A DNA stretch of 64,000 bases from positions 110,052,001 to 110,116,000 of the forward strand of contig NC_086108.1 in the NCBI RefSeq assembly GCF_963921235.1. Direction: 5' to 3'. Source of the stretch: Mobula hypostoma (taxonomy: Eukaryota). A program made the translations under genes and the position numbers. The notes beneath the pieces were generated by a model, which saw nothing but the letters and a program-made list of their open reading frames with translations, was not told where the DNA came from and searched no databases. This document shows, in pieces, positions 37,441 through 50,463 of the stretch (positions are counted from its first letter, which is position 1; the number at the start of each line of letters is the position of its first letter).

Positions 37441-38186
37441 TTGTTTCGATACATTTTAGTTTATTTATTAATTGAAGTTTATAATGTAATACAGAACAAG
37501 AAAAGATATTTAATATTTTATGAACTTTTTCTGGTTGCGTCCAATTCCAGCTGCATGGGAACAAAGGCAATGTGCACGGGAGCATTTCAGTCACTATGCG
37601 GCTACACATCCATAAGAATTAGGGGGAACAGTGACTGCAGGTGTCCTTCATTGCCTCAGTTTTTTGAGTTGATTACTGCGCCTCTCAGAAATAAATCGAG
37701 ATGTCGCCAAGGAGATGTAAGTGTGCCATTAGCATACAAGACTCTTGGCAGCTATTGATTCCCTGAGTAATCAATGGGATTTATTTAATCCCATTTTTAA
37801 GCAGCGCTCTGTGGTGGTATTGACAGGAAGTCAGCTGGAGCCTTTCATCCAGTAAATGGAGCAGTAGATTGAGATACTGAGTCATTGAAACAGGTCCTTC
37901 GACCCATCTCATCTATACTGACCCAGTTGCTACCTGAGCTGGTCCTGTTTCCCCCGTACTGGGCACATCTCTCCATAAACCTTTCCTAGCAATGCTCCTG
38001 TATGACTATCTTAAATACCAGGATGCTTGAAACCTAAAGGATATACCAGGATGTAGATCAGTTTCAGATAAGGGTGGAGAAATGGAAGATGGAGTTTAAC
38101 CTGGCCAAATATGAAGTGTACTCAGAGAGATGAAATTTAAAGGTACAGTACGCTGTTAAAGGCAAGACCATGAACAGTGTTGATGT

Positions 38187-38677
38187 TGTCATGTGTGACG
38201 CCAAGCAGAGCTACCGGACAGATGATACTAAAGAGAGAGATAACGGAAGACAATGGAGAAACATTCAAAATGCTAATAAGAGAGAAGAGAGAGATTAACG
38301 AGAAAGAAACACAATTCAGATATTGACAGACGGTTTGCTTTGAACCTGAACTGTTTGAAGTTTGATGGACAGGTGATACCCCAGCAGGGGGATAAAAAGA
38401 GCAGGTTTGTTAAGACACGACATGCCACGAGACCCTGGAAAGAGCAGTGTGCCCCCACAAGTTGGTAGGAGTTTGGAGGACCGGTTCGCGGGAATTTGTC
38501 AGAGGCTCACAGGGTGTAAAGGTACGATCGGTGGGAACCTGGGGTGTGTGTCCACCCTTGCCTGGGTGCCGGGTTCACCGCAGAAGAACGATCGTATCCG
38601 GAACAGAAGGGTCACAGTCGGTGACCACAGCGGGATCAGAAGACATCAAAAGGTCTTCCCGAAACCAACTGCATCTC

Positions 38678-38713
<36 letters not shown>

Positions 38714-39003
38714 GGTACAACAACAGCAATTACTTTGAATTGCACTAAACTGAACTGAACTCTGCTTCACTTAAGACCGATTATTTTACCCCTAGACTGC
38801 GATAGAGCTTGGTTGATTCCTATTACCCTATTTCTGTGTATAAGTGTGTATTATCATTGCTAACCTGTTACATTTATATCCTTGCGATTAGTGTACTGTA
38901 TTATTATTTCTTTAATAAAACTTTATTAGTTCCTAGTAATCACAGACTCCAACGAGCGTTCCATTTCTGCTGGTTTGGCAACCCAGTTACGGGATACGTA
39001 ACA
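38187..39003 (+). mobile_element. Gypsy-type solo LTR
   Basis: TGTCATGT...ACGTAACA termini, TATA-like gataaaaa and aataaa. 4-bp TSD atgt at 38183-38186 and 39723-39726. Confidence 0.8.
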
Positions 39004-39720
39004 TAGAAACATAGAAAATAGGTGCAGGAGTAGGCCATTCGGCCCTTCGAGCCTGCACCGCCATTTATTATGATCATGGCTGATCATCCAACTCAGAACC
39101 CAGCCTTCCCTCCATACCCCCTGACCCCTGTAGCCACAAGGGCCATATCTAACTTCCTTTTAAACATAGCTAATGAACTGGCCTCAACAGTTTGCTGTGG
39201 CAGAGAATTCCACAGATTCACCACTCTCTGTGTGAAGAAGTTTTTCCTAACCTCGGTCCTAAAAGGCTTCCCCTCTATCCTCAAACTGTGACCCCTCGTT
39301 CTAGACCTCCCCAACATCGGGAACAATCTTCCCGCATCTAGCCTGTCCAATCCCTTTAGGATCTTATACGTTTCAATCAGATCCCCCCTCAATCTTCTAA
39401 ATTCCAACGAGTACAAGCCCAGTTCATCCAGTCTTTCTTCATATGAAAGACCTGCCATCCCAGGAATCAATCTGGTGAACCTTCTTTGTACTCCCTCTAT
39501 GGCAAAGATGTCTTTCCTCAGATTAGGGGACCAAAACTGCACACAATACTCCAGGTGTGGTCTCACCAAGGCCTTGTACAACTGCAGTAGTACCTCCCTG
39601 CTCCTGTACTCGAATCCTCTCGCTATAAATGCCAGCATACCGTTCGCCTTTTTCACCGCCTGCTGTACCTGCATGCCCACTTTCAATGACTGGTGTATAA
39701 TGACACCCAGGTCTCGTTGC
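39004..39720 (-). mobile_element. Young 5'-truncated CR1
   Basis: Uninterrupted ORF2 C-terminus (ORF 39093..39818, RDLGV...RPHLEYCVQFWSP...FFTQRVVNLWNSLP) and (ttctatgt)n tail. Confidence 0.93.
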
Positions 39721-41459
39721 AAATGTATAGAAGGATCTTGGAGTCTAGGCTGGCAGCTCTTTGCAAGGGGCTGCACAGGTTGATGGGGTGGTAATGAAGG
39801 CGTATGGCCTGCTTCCATTTGTTAGTCAAGGGACTGAGTTTAAGAGTTTTGAAGTTATGTTGCCGCTTTTTAAAACTCAGGTTGGACTGCATCTGGAGTA
39901 TTACATACAGTTCTGGTCACCCCACTATAGAAAGGATGTCAAGGCTTTGGAGAGGGTGCAGAAGATGTTCACCAGGATTCTGCTTGGATAAGAAGGGATT
40001 TTCTCTAATGAGGGGTTGGACAAATTTGGGTTGGTTTGTGTTCAGGAGTTCATAGGCTGAGGGGAGATCTAAGAGAAGTTTATAAAGTTAAGTGAGGTAG
40101 AGGCAGAGCAGGCCAGCGGTATTTCTTTCCCAGGGTAGGAATGTAAAATAGTCCCGGCCATGCACTAAGGTGAGAAGAGGGAAGTTTAAAGGAGATATTT
40201 TTACACAGGGAGTGGTAGGTGGCTGGAACAGGTTGCCAGGAATACTGGTGGAAGCAGATACAATACTCATATTTAAGGGGCTGTTAGACAGACACATGCA
40301 CTGAACACAACCTATGGACTCACTTTCAAGGACTCAACAGTCCTTGTTCTTAGTATTATTTATTTATTTATTGTATTTGCACAGTTTGTTTTCTTTTGCC
40401 AATTGTTTGCTTGTTGGTCTTTGTGTGTAGTTTTTCATTGATTCAGTTGTATTTCTTTATCAATTTCTGCCATTCCTTTGGATTCATCAGGTGTGTGGAG
40501 AGGGGAAGCCTGTTGCATGGGCAACAGCTTGCTCTCCATATTGTACTGTCCTGGCTTGCGTCTCACACAGACAGCCGGGCGCAACATCCATGAGTGATGT
40601 TCATGGTCTTTTGCTGCTATTAGCCCATCTCCTTGTGTGTTCAGAGATGCTCCTTCGCGCACCACTGTTGTTTGAGTTACTGTCGCCTTCCTGTCAGCTT
40701 GAACCAGTCTGGCCATTCTCCTCTGACCTCTCTCACTAACAAGGTGTTTTCACCCACAGAACTGCCACTCACTGGATTTTTTTTTGTTTTTTTCATTATT
40801 CTTTGTACACTCTAGAGCTGTTGTGCATGAAAATCCCAGGAGATCAGCAGTTTCTCAGATAAACAAACCACCCCATCTGGCACCAACAGTCATTCCACGG
40901 TCAAAGTCACTTAGATCACATTTTGTCCCCATTCTGGTGTTTGATCTGAACAACAACTGAACCTCTTGACTACCTCTGCGTGCTTTTATGTATGAGTTGC
41001 TGCCAGATGATTGGCTGATTAGATATCTGCACATTGGTTGTTTGTCAGTATTTGTTTAGGTATAGTTTTTTTTTCGGTAAATTCTATTGTATTTCTTTAT
41101 TTTCCTGTAAGTGCAATAAAATGAATCTCAGGGTAGTACTGTATATGGTAACTTTGATAATAAATTTTATTTTGATGTATGGTCTTTATGACCTTCTCCA
41201 GATGTGCACTATGGAGCATCTGACAAGCTACATCACTGCATGGTAGGGAAAATGCACAGCAGTTGACAGGAAGGCTCTACAACAGGTACTTAAAACTGCC
41301 CAACGCATCACCAGCACCAGCCTACCCACCATCAAGGACATGTATACAGAAAATTGCCGGAAAAGGGCCAGTAACATCATGAAAGATCCTGCCCAACCTG
41401 CTCGTGGACTGTTTGTCCCACTTTCATCAGGGAGGGGGCTATATAGCATCTACACCAGG

Positions 41460-41877
41460 TCGAGTGAACTTGGTCTTTTCTCCTTGGAGCGACAGAGGTT
41501 GAGAAGTGACCTGATAGAGGTGTATAAGATGATGAGAGGCATTGATCATGTGGATAGCCAGAGGCTTTTTCTCTGGGCTGAAATGGCTAACACGAGGGGA
41601 CATAGTTGTAAGGTGCTTGGAAGTAGGTACAAGGGGGATGTCAGAGGTAAGTTTTTCACACGGAGAGTGCTGGATACATGGAATGCACTGCCTGCAATGG
41701 TGATGGAGGTGGATACAGTAGGGTCTTTTAAGAGACTCTTAGATATATAGCTCAGAATAATAGAGGGCTATCAGCCAGGGTAATTCTAGGCAGTTTTTCG
41801 AGTAGATTACATGGTTGGCACAACATTGTGGGCTGAAGGGCCTGTAATGTCCTGCAGATTTCTATGTTTCTATGTTC
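41460..41877 (+). mobile_element. CR1 3' end inserted in a Rex1-type 3' fragment, 8-bp TSD
   Basis: acaccagg at 41452-41459 and 41878-41885; (ttctatgt)n tail. Confidence 0.88.
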
Positions 41878-42632
41878 ACACCAGGACCACCAGACTCAAA
41901 AACAGTTACTTTCCCCTAACAATAAGGCTTGACCAACACCTCCGCCCACTAACCCACCCCCCACAACCCCAATCACCACTACATATTATTACCTAGCATC
42001 ACTTTATATACCAACACTCAGTCTATGTATGTAACAGTTATTTATATACTATGTTTTATAGGATTACTTTTATATTTATATTAAATGTGTTGGGAGGGTA
42101 TTATTTGTGTTTTTATGCTTATGTTCTGTTCTTTTATGCTGAATTGGATCCAGCATTACAATAATTTCATTCTCCTTTACACTTGGGTCCTGAAGAATGA
42201 CAATAAAAAGTCTTGCATCTTGAATCTTATCATCTTGAACCTCCCGAGTTTCAAACACAGCTCCCTTGCCATTGCACCTAATATCCACTAGGTGGTGCAT
42301 TGTTAGCCCTACCATTTTAGATCATCTGAAAATACATATTAAAGTTTGAAAATCATGAATTACTTTGGCAATGATCCTATTTTGCTCTTACATACAATGA
42401 GGGACCCTGTGTGCCAATAAAACATGTAGGCCTCAGTTCAGTTAAAGGCTCTGGAAAAGTAACTTTGCTGAAAAACAATTTCTAGTTGCACATTTTTGTC
42501 AAGTCAGGCTTTGTGTCTTCATCTTGTTTCAAAATGTTCACTGTATTTTAAAAAACCTGTTTAACATCATATATTCATTAGCAAATAGTATCATTAAAGA
42601 AGCACTGGAATAGGTGCTTGGGTGGGCAGGGC

Positions 42633-42667
42633 AGTCCTGATGAAGGGTCTCGGCCTGAAACGTTGAC
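42633..42667 (+). ncRNA. Hammerhead motif heading a stand-alone ~110-bp PLE-derived repeat
   Basis: gtc-CTGATGA-agggtctcggcct-GAAAC-GTT-gac. Core boxes are intact and no PLE coding sequence is adjacent. Confidence 0.7.
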
Positions 42668-44212
42668 CGTTTATTCCTCTCCACAGACGTTGCCTGATCT
42701 GTTGAGTTCCTCTAGCATTTGGATTTCAGAGTCTCTTGTGTTTAGGGTCTAGAGGGATATAGGCCAAACACAGGGAATTGCGGCTACCTGAGTGGGTACC
42801 ATGGTTAGCATGGATTGGATGGGCTGAAAGGCCTATATCCATGTTGTATTGCTCCAGCTAGAAGCAGACCATATTGCCTGTTCTACTATTCAATGATTTT
42901 ATGGCTGACCTTTCACTGGGAACACCTGGTTTAGAGGGACACTCAACACACTAAATGCTGGAACAATTCAGGACTGGCAGCATCTATGGAAGGAAATAGA
43001 TGGTCAACGTTTTTGGCTAGATCCTTCATTGGAATTGGTTGATTATTGTCACGTATACTGTGGTACCCTCTTCTCATTGATACCATCAGGGAGGAGGTAC
43101 AGGAGCCTGAAGGCACACACTCAACATTTTAGGAACAGCGTCTTCCCCTCTGCCATCAGATTTCTGAAAGGACATCGATCCCATGGACACTACCTCACTT
43201 TTTTCTCTCTGTTTGCTCTACTTAGTTAATTTACTTTTCTTATTTTGCCTATACTTCTTATTGTAATTTATAGTGTGTATCGCAATGTATTGCTGCCGGA
43301 AAGCAACAAATTTCACAACAGAACCCAGTGATATTAAACCTAATTCTGAACTTGACAGTTCATACAAACCAAATCTTAACATTGGGATGGTACAAGGTAA
43401 AACAATAACAGAATGTAACAGCTGAGAGAAAATGCAGAACAGTGCAGGTAGACAGTAAAGTGCAAGATCATAACAAGGTAGATAGTGTGATCAAGAATCC
43501 ATCTCACTCTACTGGAGGACTGTTCAATAGTCTTGTAAAGCGGGGGGGTGGGGTTGAGGGGTAGAAGCTGTCCTTGAGCATGCTTTCAGGTTTTTATATC
43601 TTCTGTCCAATGAGAGTGTTTGGGGTGGGGGGTCTTTCATTACGATAGCTGCTTTACTGAAGCAGTAAGAAGCACAGACAGAGTCTACAAGGAGAGGCTG
43701 GTGTTTGTGATGTGCTGAGCTGTGTCCACAACTCTCTGCCATACCAAGCAATACACACAAAATGCTGCAGGAACTCAGCAAATCAGTCACTCAAGGACTT
43801 GGCTACACAGACATACATAGATAGATAGAGAGAAAAAGATAGTGATAGAGAGATGAACCGTTGACTTGAAACACTACAGCACTGGACAGGCCATTTGGCC
43901 CACAATGTTGATGGCAATTCATATCCTCCTCCTGTGTATTATCCATATATCAACATTTCCTTCATTTTCTTGTGTCTGTCTAAAAGCCTCTTAAACTCCA
44001 CCAGACTCGCTGCTTCCTCTCCTACCTTGGTAATTTTGATCTAACATTCACTCGAACTTCTCTTCTTATCCAGGGACAGTCCCACTCCCATCAGGGAGGA
44101 GGCTACGTAACATCCACACAGGACCACCAGACTCAAAAGCCAGCAAAAAGGCTTGTAATGTATTTCTACTAGAGCTATGACCCACCCCCATCCACCCGCC
44201 TAGCACTACATA

Positions 44213-47192
44213 CAGGGCCGCATTAAGCTAGTGCGGGGCCTGTAGCATATGTTATAAAGGGGCCCTAAATTTTAAAAGTGCACGTAAGTATTAAAACATA
44301 AATTATTTACTTGCATAGTAAAGTAATTCAATTTTTTCATTTGCTATACAACCAGATAATACGACAAATGTCTGACACTTCAGTAATAGTATTACTTACA
44401 TGTAGTTATCAATTTCAAATGTCAAAAGTAACAAAACTACAATTTAAAAGTTAGATTTTCTAGATTTAGCATGAACAAATTTGTTGATGATACTGGAAAT
44501 GTCTATTTCACACAGAAGTTCATGTTCAATGCTCATTAGAGTGAGATTGTTCAATCTGTTTTGACCCATGGTGCTCTTAGTTCATTTTTAATCCTTTTCC
44601 GTTTTGGAAATGAGTGTTCTCCACTGCAGTTGGTAACCATGACTGACAAATAGATGCGCAGGGCATTTTCTACATTTGGAAAACATGACTCCAAAGAATT
44701 GTCAGTTATCAAACGGTACAACTGTAACTCTACAAGGTCTTGTTTGGTGCCAATATGAGAAGCAAGATCAGTTTTCAACAGTTCAGTAAACTGTACAAAT
44801 TCTTCATTAAGACTTTCTTCCAGATCTTCCGGATATGATTTAATAAGATTTGATGACCTCTTTACAATCTCTTCAGGTGTAAACGACTGTAACTGATGAA
44901 GGAATCCAAAAACACCATTCACCTTTAGATAAGCTTTCTGCCTTTTTGACAGGGCACAAAGCAAGCTGTCAATAATGAAGAAATGTTTGGCTTTTAAACT
45001 TCTGAGAAGGTGTTTGAGATTCAACAAGTGGATCAAGAGTGCTGGAACCACTGAAATCATCATACGCGCGATTTTGCTTGTGTTTTCTTTGAGTTTGCTG
45101 TTGATAATCTTCACACTTAGTCAGATCCTTGGCTTTTTGCTCAATGTCTGAAAAAGTAGGCCGCATAGCTTGGATATATCCATGCAAGGATTCATAGAGT
45201 GCACAAGCTGTGTTCAAGTCTTGGCCAGAAGATTGCAAAGAAGCACTGGTCATTTGAAAATGCTGTAATACTTGATCCCATATGACCAAGTATTACAGCG
45301 TTTTCAAATGACCAGTGCTTCTTTGCAATCTTCTGGCCAAGACTTGAACACAGCTTGTGCACTTTATGAATCCTTGCATGGATATATTCAAGCTATGCGA
45401 CCTACTTTTTCAGACATTGAGCAAAAAGCCAAGGATCTGACTAAGTGTGAAGATTATCAACAGCAAACTCAAAGAAAACACAAGCAACATCGCACGTATG
45501 ATGATTTCAGTGGTTCCAGCACTCTTGATCCACTTGTTGAATTTCAAATGCCTTCTCAGAAGTTTAAAAACTCGTGCAGATGCAGCAAAAGTGTCGACAA
45601 CAGGCTCATATACTACTTTCAACCACGATGAAGTTGGAAACGTATTGTGGTTGAAAGTAGTACACGAGCCTGTTGTTGACACGCTGTCTTCTGATCGTTG
45701 TTATTTGAAATGTCATCCAAGACTTGTTTTATTGCAGAAAAGCTGTGTAAAAGTGCTTTTGTTGCATCTGCACGAGCTGACCACCTGGTATCTGACATCC
45801 TTTTCACAATGGGCAAATGAGCACCACCGTTAGATAATGCAGCAGAAAGGAGTTCCCACCAATAAGTAGAAGCAGAAAAAAATGTGTACAGGCTTTCCAC
45901 AAATTGAAAAAAAAATTAATGTTTCTTGACAACATTCAGCAGCACATTTTCCAACCAAATTTAGTGACTGTGCAAAACATGGAATGTAATCTGCAAACTC
46001 ATTCAGCTCTTTAATTCGTGCTTGTAAGCCACTATACTTGCCACTCATGTTGCTGGCATTGTCATAACTTTGACCATGGCAGTCTTTTATATCAATGCCA
46101 TTTTCCTTTAAAAAGTCAAGCAAACTTTGAGCGAGCTGTTCAGCACTATGACCTTCCATATCCAAAAATTTCACAAATCTTTCAACTGGTCCAGACGGCA
46201 AAATATAGCGCACAAAGTCAGCTGGTCCACATTAGATATATCTGGAGCAGAATCCAATGAAACAGAATAATACTTGTATTTCTTCACTTCACCAATAATG
46301 TGATCCAGTATGCTGGATCCAATCAGATCGATGAATTCCTCACATGTTGTTTTAGATAGGTATGATTTATGTCCCCTTCCTTGGTTTGCATGAGTATTTA
46401 TACCACGACACAGCAAGGAGCCAACACACGCCTGCACACACATACTGTACCATGCAGCATGCAGCTCCCCTGACATGAAAACAACAGCATTGCCAGATCG
46501 TCGTTGTTGTGGCGTGGATGAAATTACAGAGCATTGCGTTACCGGTAGGTACAATGCAATTTCTTTATTCAACAAAACAAGGTAACAGCAGGCAGAGACC
46601 CCTGGTAGAACAGGTCTAACCGCCTTATAATTGAGGCTCGATATTTATTTGCTAAACACAAAGGACAGTTCATAGTTACAAGTATAGACAATTCTTTAAA
46701 GTTTTCACATCTTTTGATTAATTTCATTCTACTGGCGCCAATATGCCTAAACTGGCATTCATGGCCTTTAGGAATGCAAGTTAAAATCCATAATACATTA
46801 TTCGGTATATTACGTGTTAACATAGAGGACAATTCATATTCAAAAAGCATGGATATAGTGTCTTCACAACTACCTGTAAACATAGCATTCTTGTCTCAGA
46901 GGCACCAGAGATGCATTGTTAGAAATGAAACTGGGTTCACAGCTTTTGGGAAATACATTGTTATGAACTCAATCCACAGTACTTTGTCAAAGAACAGAAG
47001 ACTGATGGCTGAAGTCATTTATTTAAGTGCAAGTGAATCGTCTCCCCAAAACTCACTCTAACAGTCGTGAGAATACGGTGAGATGCTGATTTCACCAGAC
47101 TGCAGCTTGTAAGCATTTAGTGCGGGTGGGGCCCTCGAAAATGCGGGGCCCGTAGCATATGCTACCTTTGCTACTAGGTTAATCTGGCCCTG
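44213..47192 (-). mobile_element. hAT (Tip100-like) DNA transposon, defective, with internal fold-back
   Basis: TIRs cagggccgcattaa / ttaatctggccctg. Perfect 8-bp TSD actacata (44205-44212, 47193-47200). Transposase motifs GQSYDNASNMSGKY, TRWS, FPNV..ALRIYL...VTNCSGE. Confidence 0.95.
44992..45569. repeat. ~286-bp inverted repeat (palindrome) inside the hAT transposase
   Basis: 44992-45278 is the reverse complement of 45284-45569. ORFs 44969..45289(-) and 45272..45631(+) encode nearly the same peptide. Confidence 0.95.
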
Positions 47193-47451
47193 ACTACATA
47201 TTGACCTGTTGTCTACACATGCACAAATCTCTACACATGCATGTTGTCCTCTCTCGCTCTCGCTGCAATGTGAATACACCAGTTAAAGCCATCTCCCGCG
47301 TGCGTGCTTTTATTTTATTGATATGCAGTTGTGCACAGACTCAACAAATCGGCGATGAGTACGAATCTGAATGCCAGAAAACATCACAAACTGCACCGAC
47401 AGTTATGGGACGAAACGGGAGAGTTAAACCGCACAAGAAGGCCATCACAGG

Positions 47452-50400
47452 CAGGGGCGTATCTACGGAAAATAGCGTCTACGGCAAACATTGAAATTGC
47501 GCCCCTGTCCAAACATCTGACACCCATCTTTTAGATAATTTTATCATAATATCAGCTCAAAAATACAAGTCAACCTCGTTAATCTTTTAATTAACAAATT
47601 ATGGCACTACATGAAAATTATAACTGCTCCTTCCTTGCTTTCACTGATGCAAATTGGTCTATGTTGTGATCAAAGTCAGTTTTTTCAGTTTCTTCTCTTT
47701 CTACACTCAGCAGAGCAAGATCACAGAGTCTGCTCTGACCCAAGGAGGCTCTCAAATACGAAAGTATTAGTTTTAACTTGCTGAATGATCTCTCACAGCT
47801 GGCGATGGAAACTGCGATGATTAGTATCATCTGAATAGCAATGCGAAGATTGGGGAAGATGCTCTCATCTCCATACGGAACAATAAATTCAAGAAGCTCT
47901 TCAGGTCTTGATATTTTCATGTTGACCCCCCTTGATAGCAACATTCTCCAATCCAAAATTTCTTCATATAGCTGCTGTCCATCGACATCAGAGCTGTATA
48001 ATTCGCCCAAATTTTCACACTTGTTCTTTAGGTTGTTACTGTCAACGCCATAACACAGTCCCTCGACATCGAGAAGGAACCTAAACTTGGCATTAGTGTT
48101 GTGCAAACGAGTGAACCTTTCGTCCATTTCTCTGAAGACGGTCGAGTGTTCCCTTCATGACTTGTACCATTTCCTCGTTAGCTGTTAGCCCAGCGTCTCT
48201 CGAGTTCTCATCAGCCATTCGTTTCTTTCGTCTCTGGCGTCTTTCAACTTCAATATTCTATTCTTGACAGAGACCAACTCCTTCTTTGAGTGACTCACTG
48301 ACCAACACTTCTCTTTCATCATAAAAATGATTTCGGTGGGTTTTCAAATCCAGAGCAGCATCGTGGAAGTTCATGCTTGGATCCTGCAGCCTCTTTTGAA
48401 TACGGTCAATGCAAATGAGTACTTTGTTCCAAAATCCTAGCAAAATCAGAAAATCATAACTCAACATGCGGTTGTACCGCTGCCTTGCATCACTTCTTGT
48501 TTCACTGGTTTTGTTTTCATTGTCTATCATGTCCTGGAGAACTTGAAGTATCTCCTCAAGGTACTTGTTGACGGGCTTCACTGCTTCTGTTCTTGCACTT
48601 CACCTGGTTTCGGACTCCGACTTAACAACCACAGGCACGGCCTTTTGAGTTTTTCCCAGTGCTATGTTGAACGAGAGAAAAACACGTAGAGAGCTTTGAT
48701 AGTTCCAAAAAAACGTGACCATCATTGTACCTGCTTGGCTGCATGTACATCCACCATGCTAAATGAGTGATTGTCGCAATTCACAAACACTGCCAGGTTG
48801 TTCTTCTCACTTATTCTTTGATGAACACCACTTCTGTGTCCAGCCATCACAGCAGTGTTGTCATAGCACTGTGACCGACAATCTTGTATCTCCATTTCCT
48901 CCTTCTCTAGCTGTTTCAAGATGTCTTCAACCAAGCTCTCAGCATCCTTCTGGCTTATCTGGGTAAAACCAAGGAAGGACTCTCTAACACGGACTGTTTT
49001 CCTCTCAAAATCTAACATCTGCTCACAGTGTGCCTGATTGGGAGTCGAGTCGAACGTGAGACCACAGTACTTTGCTTTACGAATGCTTCTCAGTAAACTG
49101 GCAAACAGTGGATGCCACAATGTGGATGAATTCGTTCTGGACACCTGGTGAAAGATAAGACGTGGATCCAGGATGACTTTCCAATGAATGAGGTGTTCTT
49201 TTATGACAGGGTCAAAGATAGCCAGTAGTTTCAGTAAGCCAAGGAAATTTCCCACATCGTCTAGCTGAAGTGACTCCCTGTGTCCTCGGAAAGCCAGGTT
49301 CTGAGTCGCAGGGAATTTTATGCAGTGAAGGATTCTCGTCAAGGTATCACGTCACTTCTGCTTTTCCTTCTCAATCTGTGACTGAAATACCACGTCAATA
49401 ACTCCTCTGTTTCCAGCTAAACTTCTTTCAATTTCTTTCCACTGTGTAAAGCATTCCTGATGATTCTTGGCATTTTCATGAACGCTAATCTTTTCAGGTG
49501 CTTTCCACTGGTTGAATCCACTTTCCTGCTCCAATGAGGATTGATGGTCTGACCGGGAATAGAGAAGACAACAGATGCAAAATGCAGACTTTTTAGAAGG
49601 GGAATAGACCAGCCATGAGCGAGTCACTTCCTCACCTTGACCATTTCCCAATTTCCTAATTTCCTCTTGAACCAAGTTTTGTTCATTGAGCGGTTATTTG
49701 TTAGTAGAAAAGGCCCTTCACTGTTCTGGAAATACTTCGAACCCAGCTTTATCATTTCTGTTCTCAACACGTCAGGCAGAATTGCTTTTCCAGTATCCTT
49801 GTTGAACTTCAGAAGTCCGGTGTCGTGCTGTTCAATCACTTCTGGTATGACAGTTTGAGGCTCTTTGACACCATCCAGTTCACTAGGTTCAGTGTCGTCA
49901 GGTTCAATCCCGTCAGGTAAAAGCTCGTCAATAAACTCAACATCACCACCACCACCATTGTCTTCCCCTCCTGTCATGTCCACGTTCTCCGTGGCAGCCT
50001 CACTCTTAATCTCGTCATACTCGGATTTATCTGACTTGACTTCCACCTCGGCTTGTGACATATTTGTACTTGATCCACCTTTGGATTCTAACAAACTTGT
50101 AGCAGGTGCAGGCAACTTCATGGAATGTGTCGGGCTACTTGCTCTGGGCTTTTCAAAGAAAGGCATGAAGAACTTGCTCGACTTCTTGGCTTCCTCCACC
50201 TCCAACTTTCGTCTCTTCCATCCTTCAGCTCCACTTTCCTTCTTCTTCATGAAGAAACATTTCATGGTCTTCTTACACAATGCTCTGAAATAAGGCCATC
50301 CTAGTGTTTCTCACCCGTGATAATCAAAGACAGATCATACATCTGAAGAAAATTCTTTTTTCACTATCCGAGGATGGCTTGTCTGACTTTAATAGAAACT

Positions 50401-50463
50401 GCTCAGTGGCGCCCCCCTTCAAGTGGCGCCCAGGGCACGTGCCATACCTTAGATACGCCACTG
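47452..50463 (-). mobile_element. Second hAT (Tip100-like, ZMYM1/TTF-type transposase), near full-length but with stops and frameshifts
   Basis: TIRs caggggcgtatcta / tagatacgccactg. TSD atcacagg/gtcacagg (7/8). TTF zinc finger RSWLVYS...FCICC, LAFRGHRE, QCYDNTAVMAG, SIASCERSFSKLK. Confidence 0.95.

Larger units (their letters stand above)
38020..40300 (+). mobile_element. Old CR1 3' part interrupted by a solo LTR and a younger CR1
   Basis: CR1 sequence stops at ...aacagtgttgatgt (38186) and resumes atgtatagaaggatcttggag (39723). ORF 39761..39991. Confidence 0.8.

Noticed and set aside
44551..50280. ZMYM1-like zinc finger host genes
   Set aside because: Both are bounded by TIRs and 8-bp TSDs and broken by stops and frameshifts, so they are hAT transposases rather than domesticated genes.
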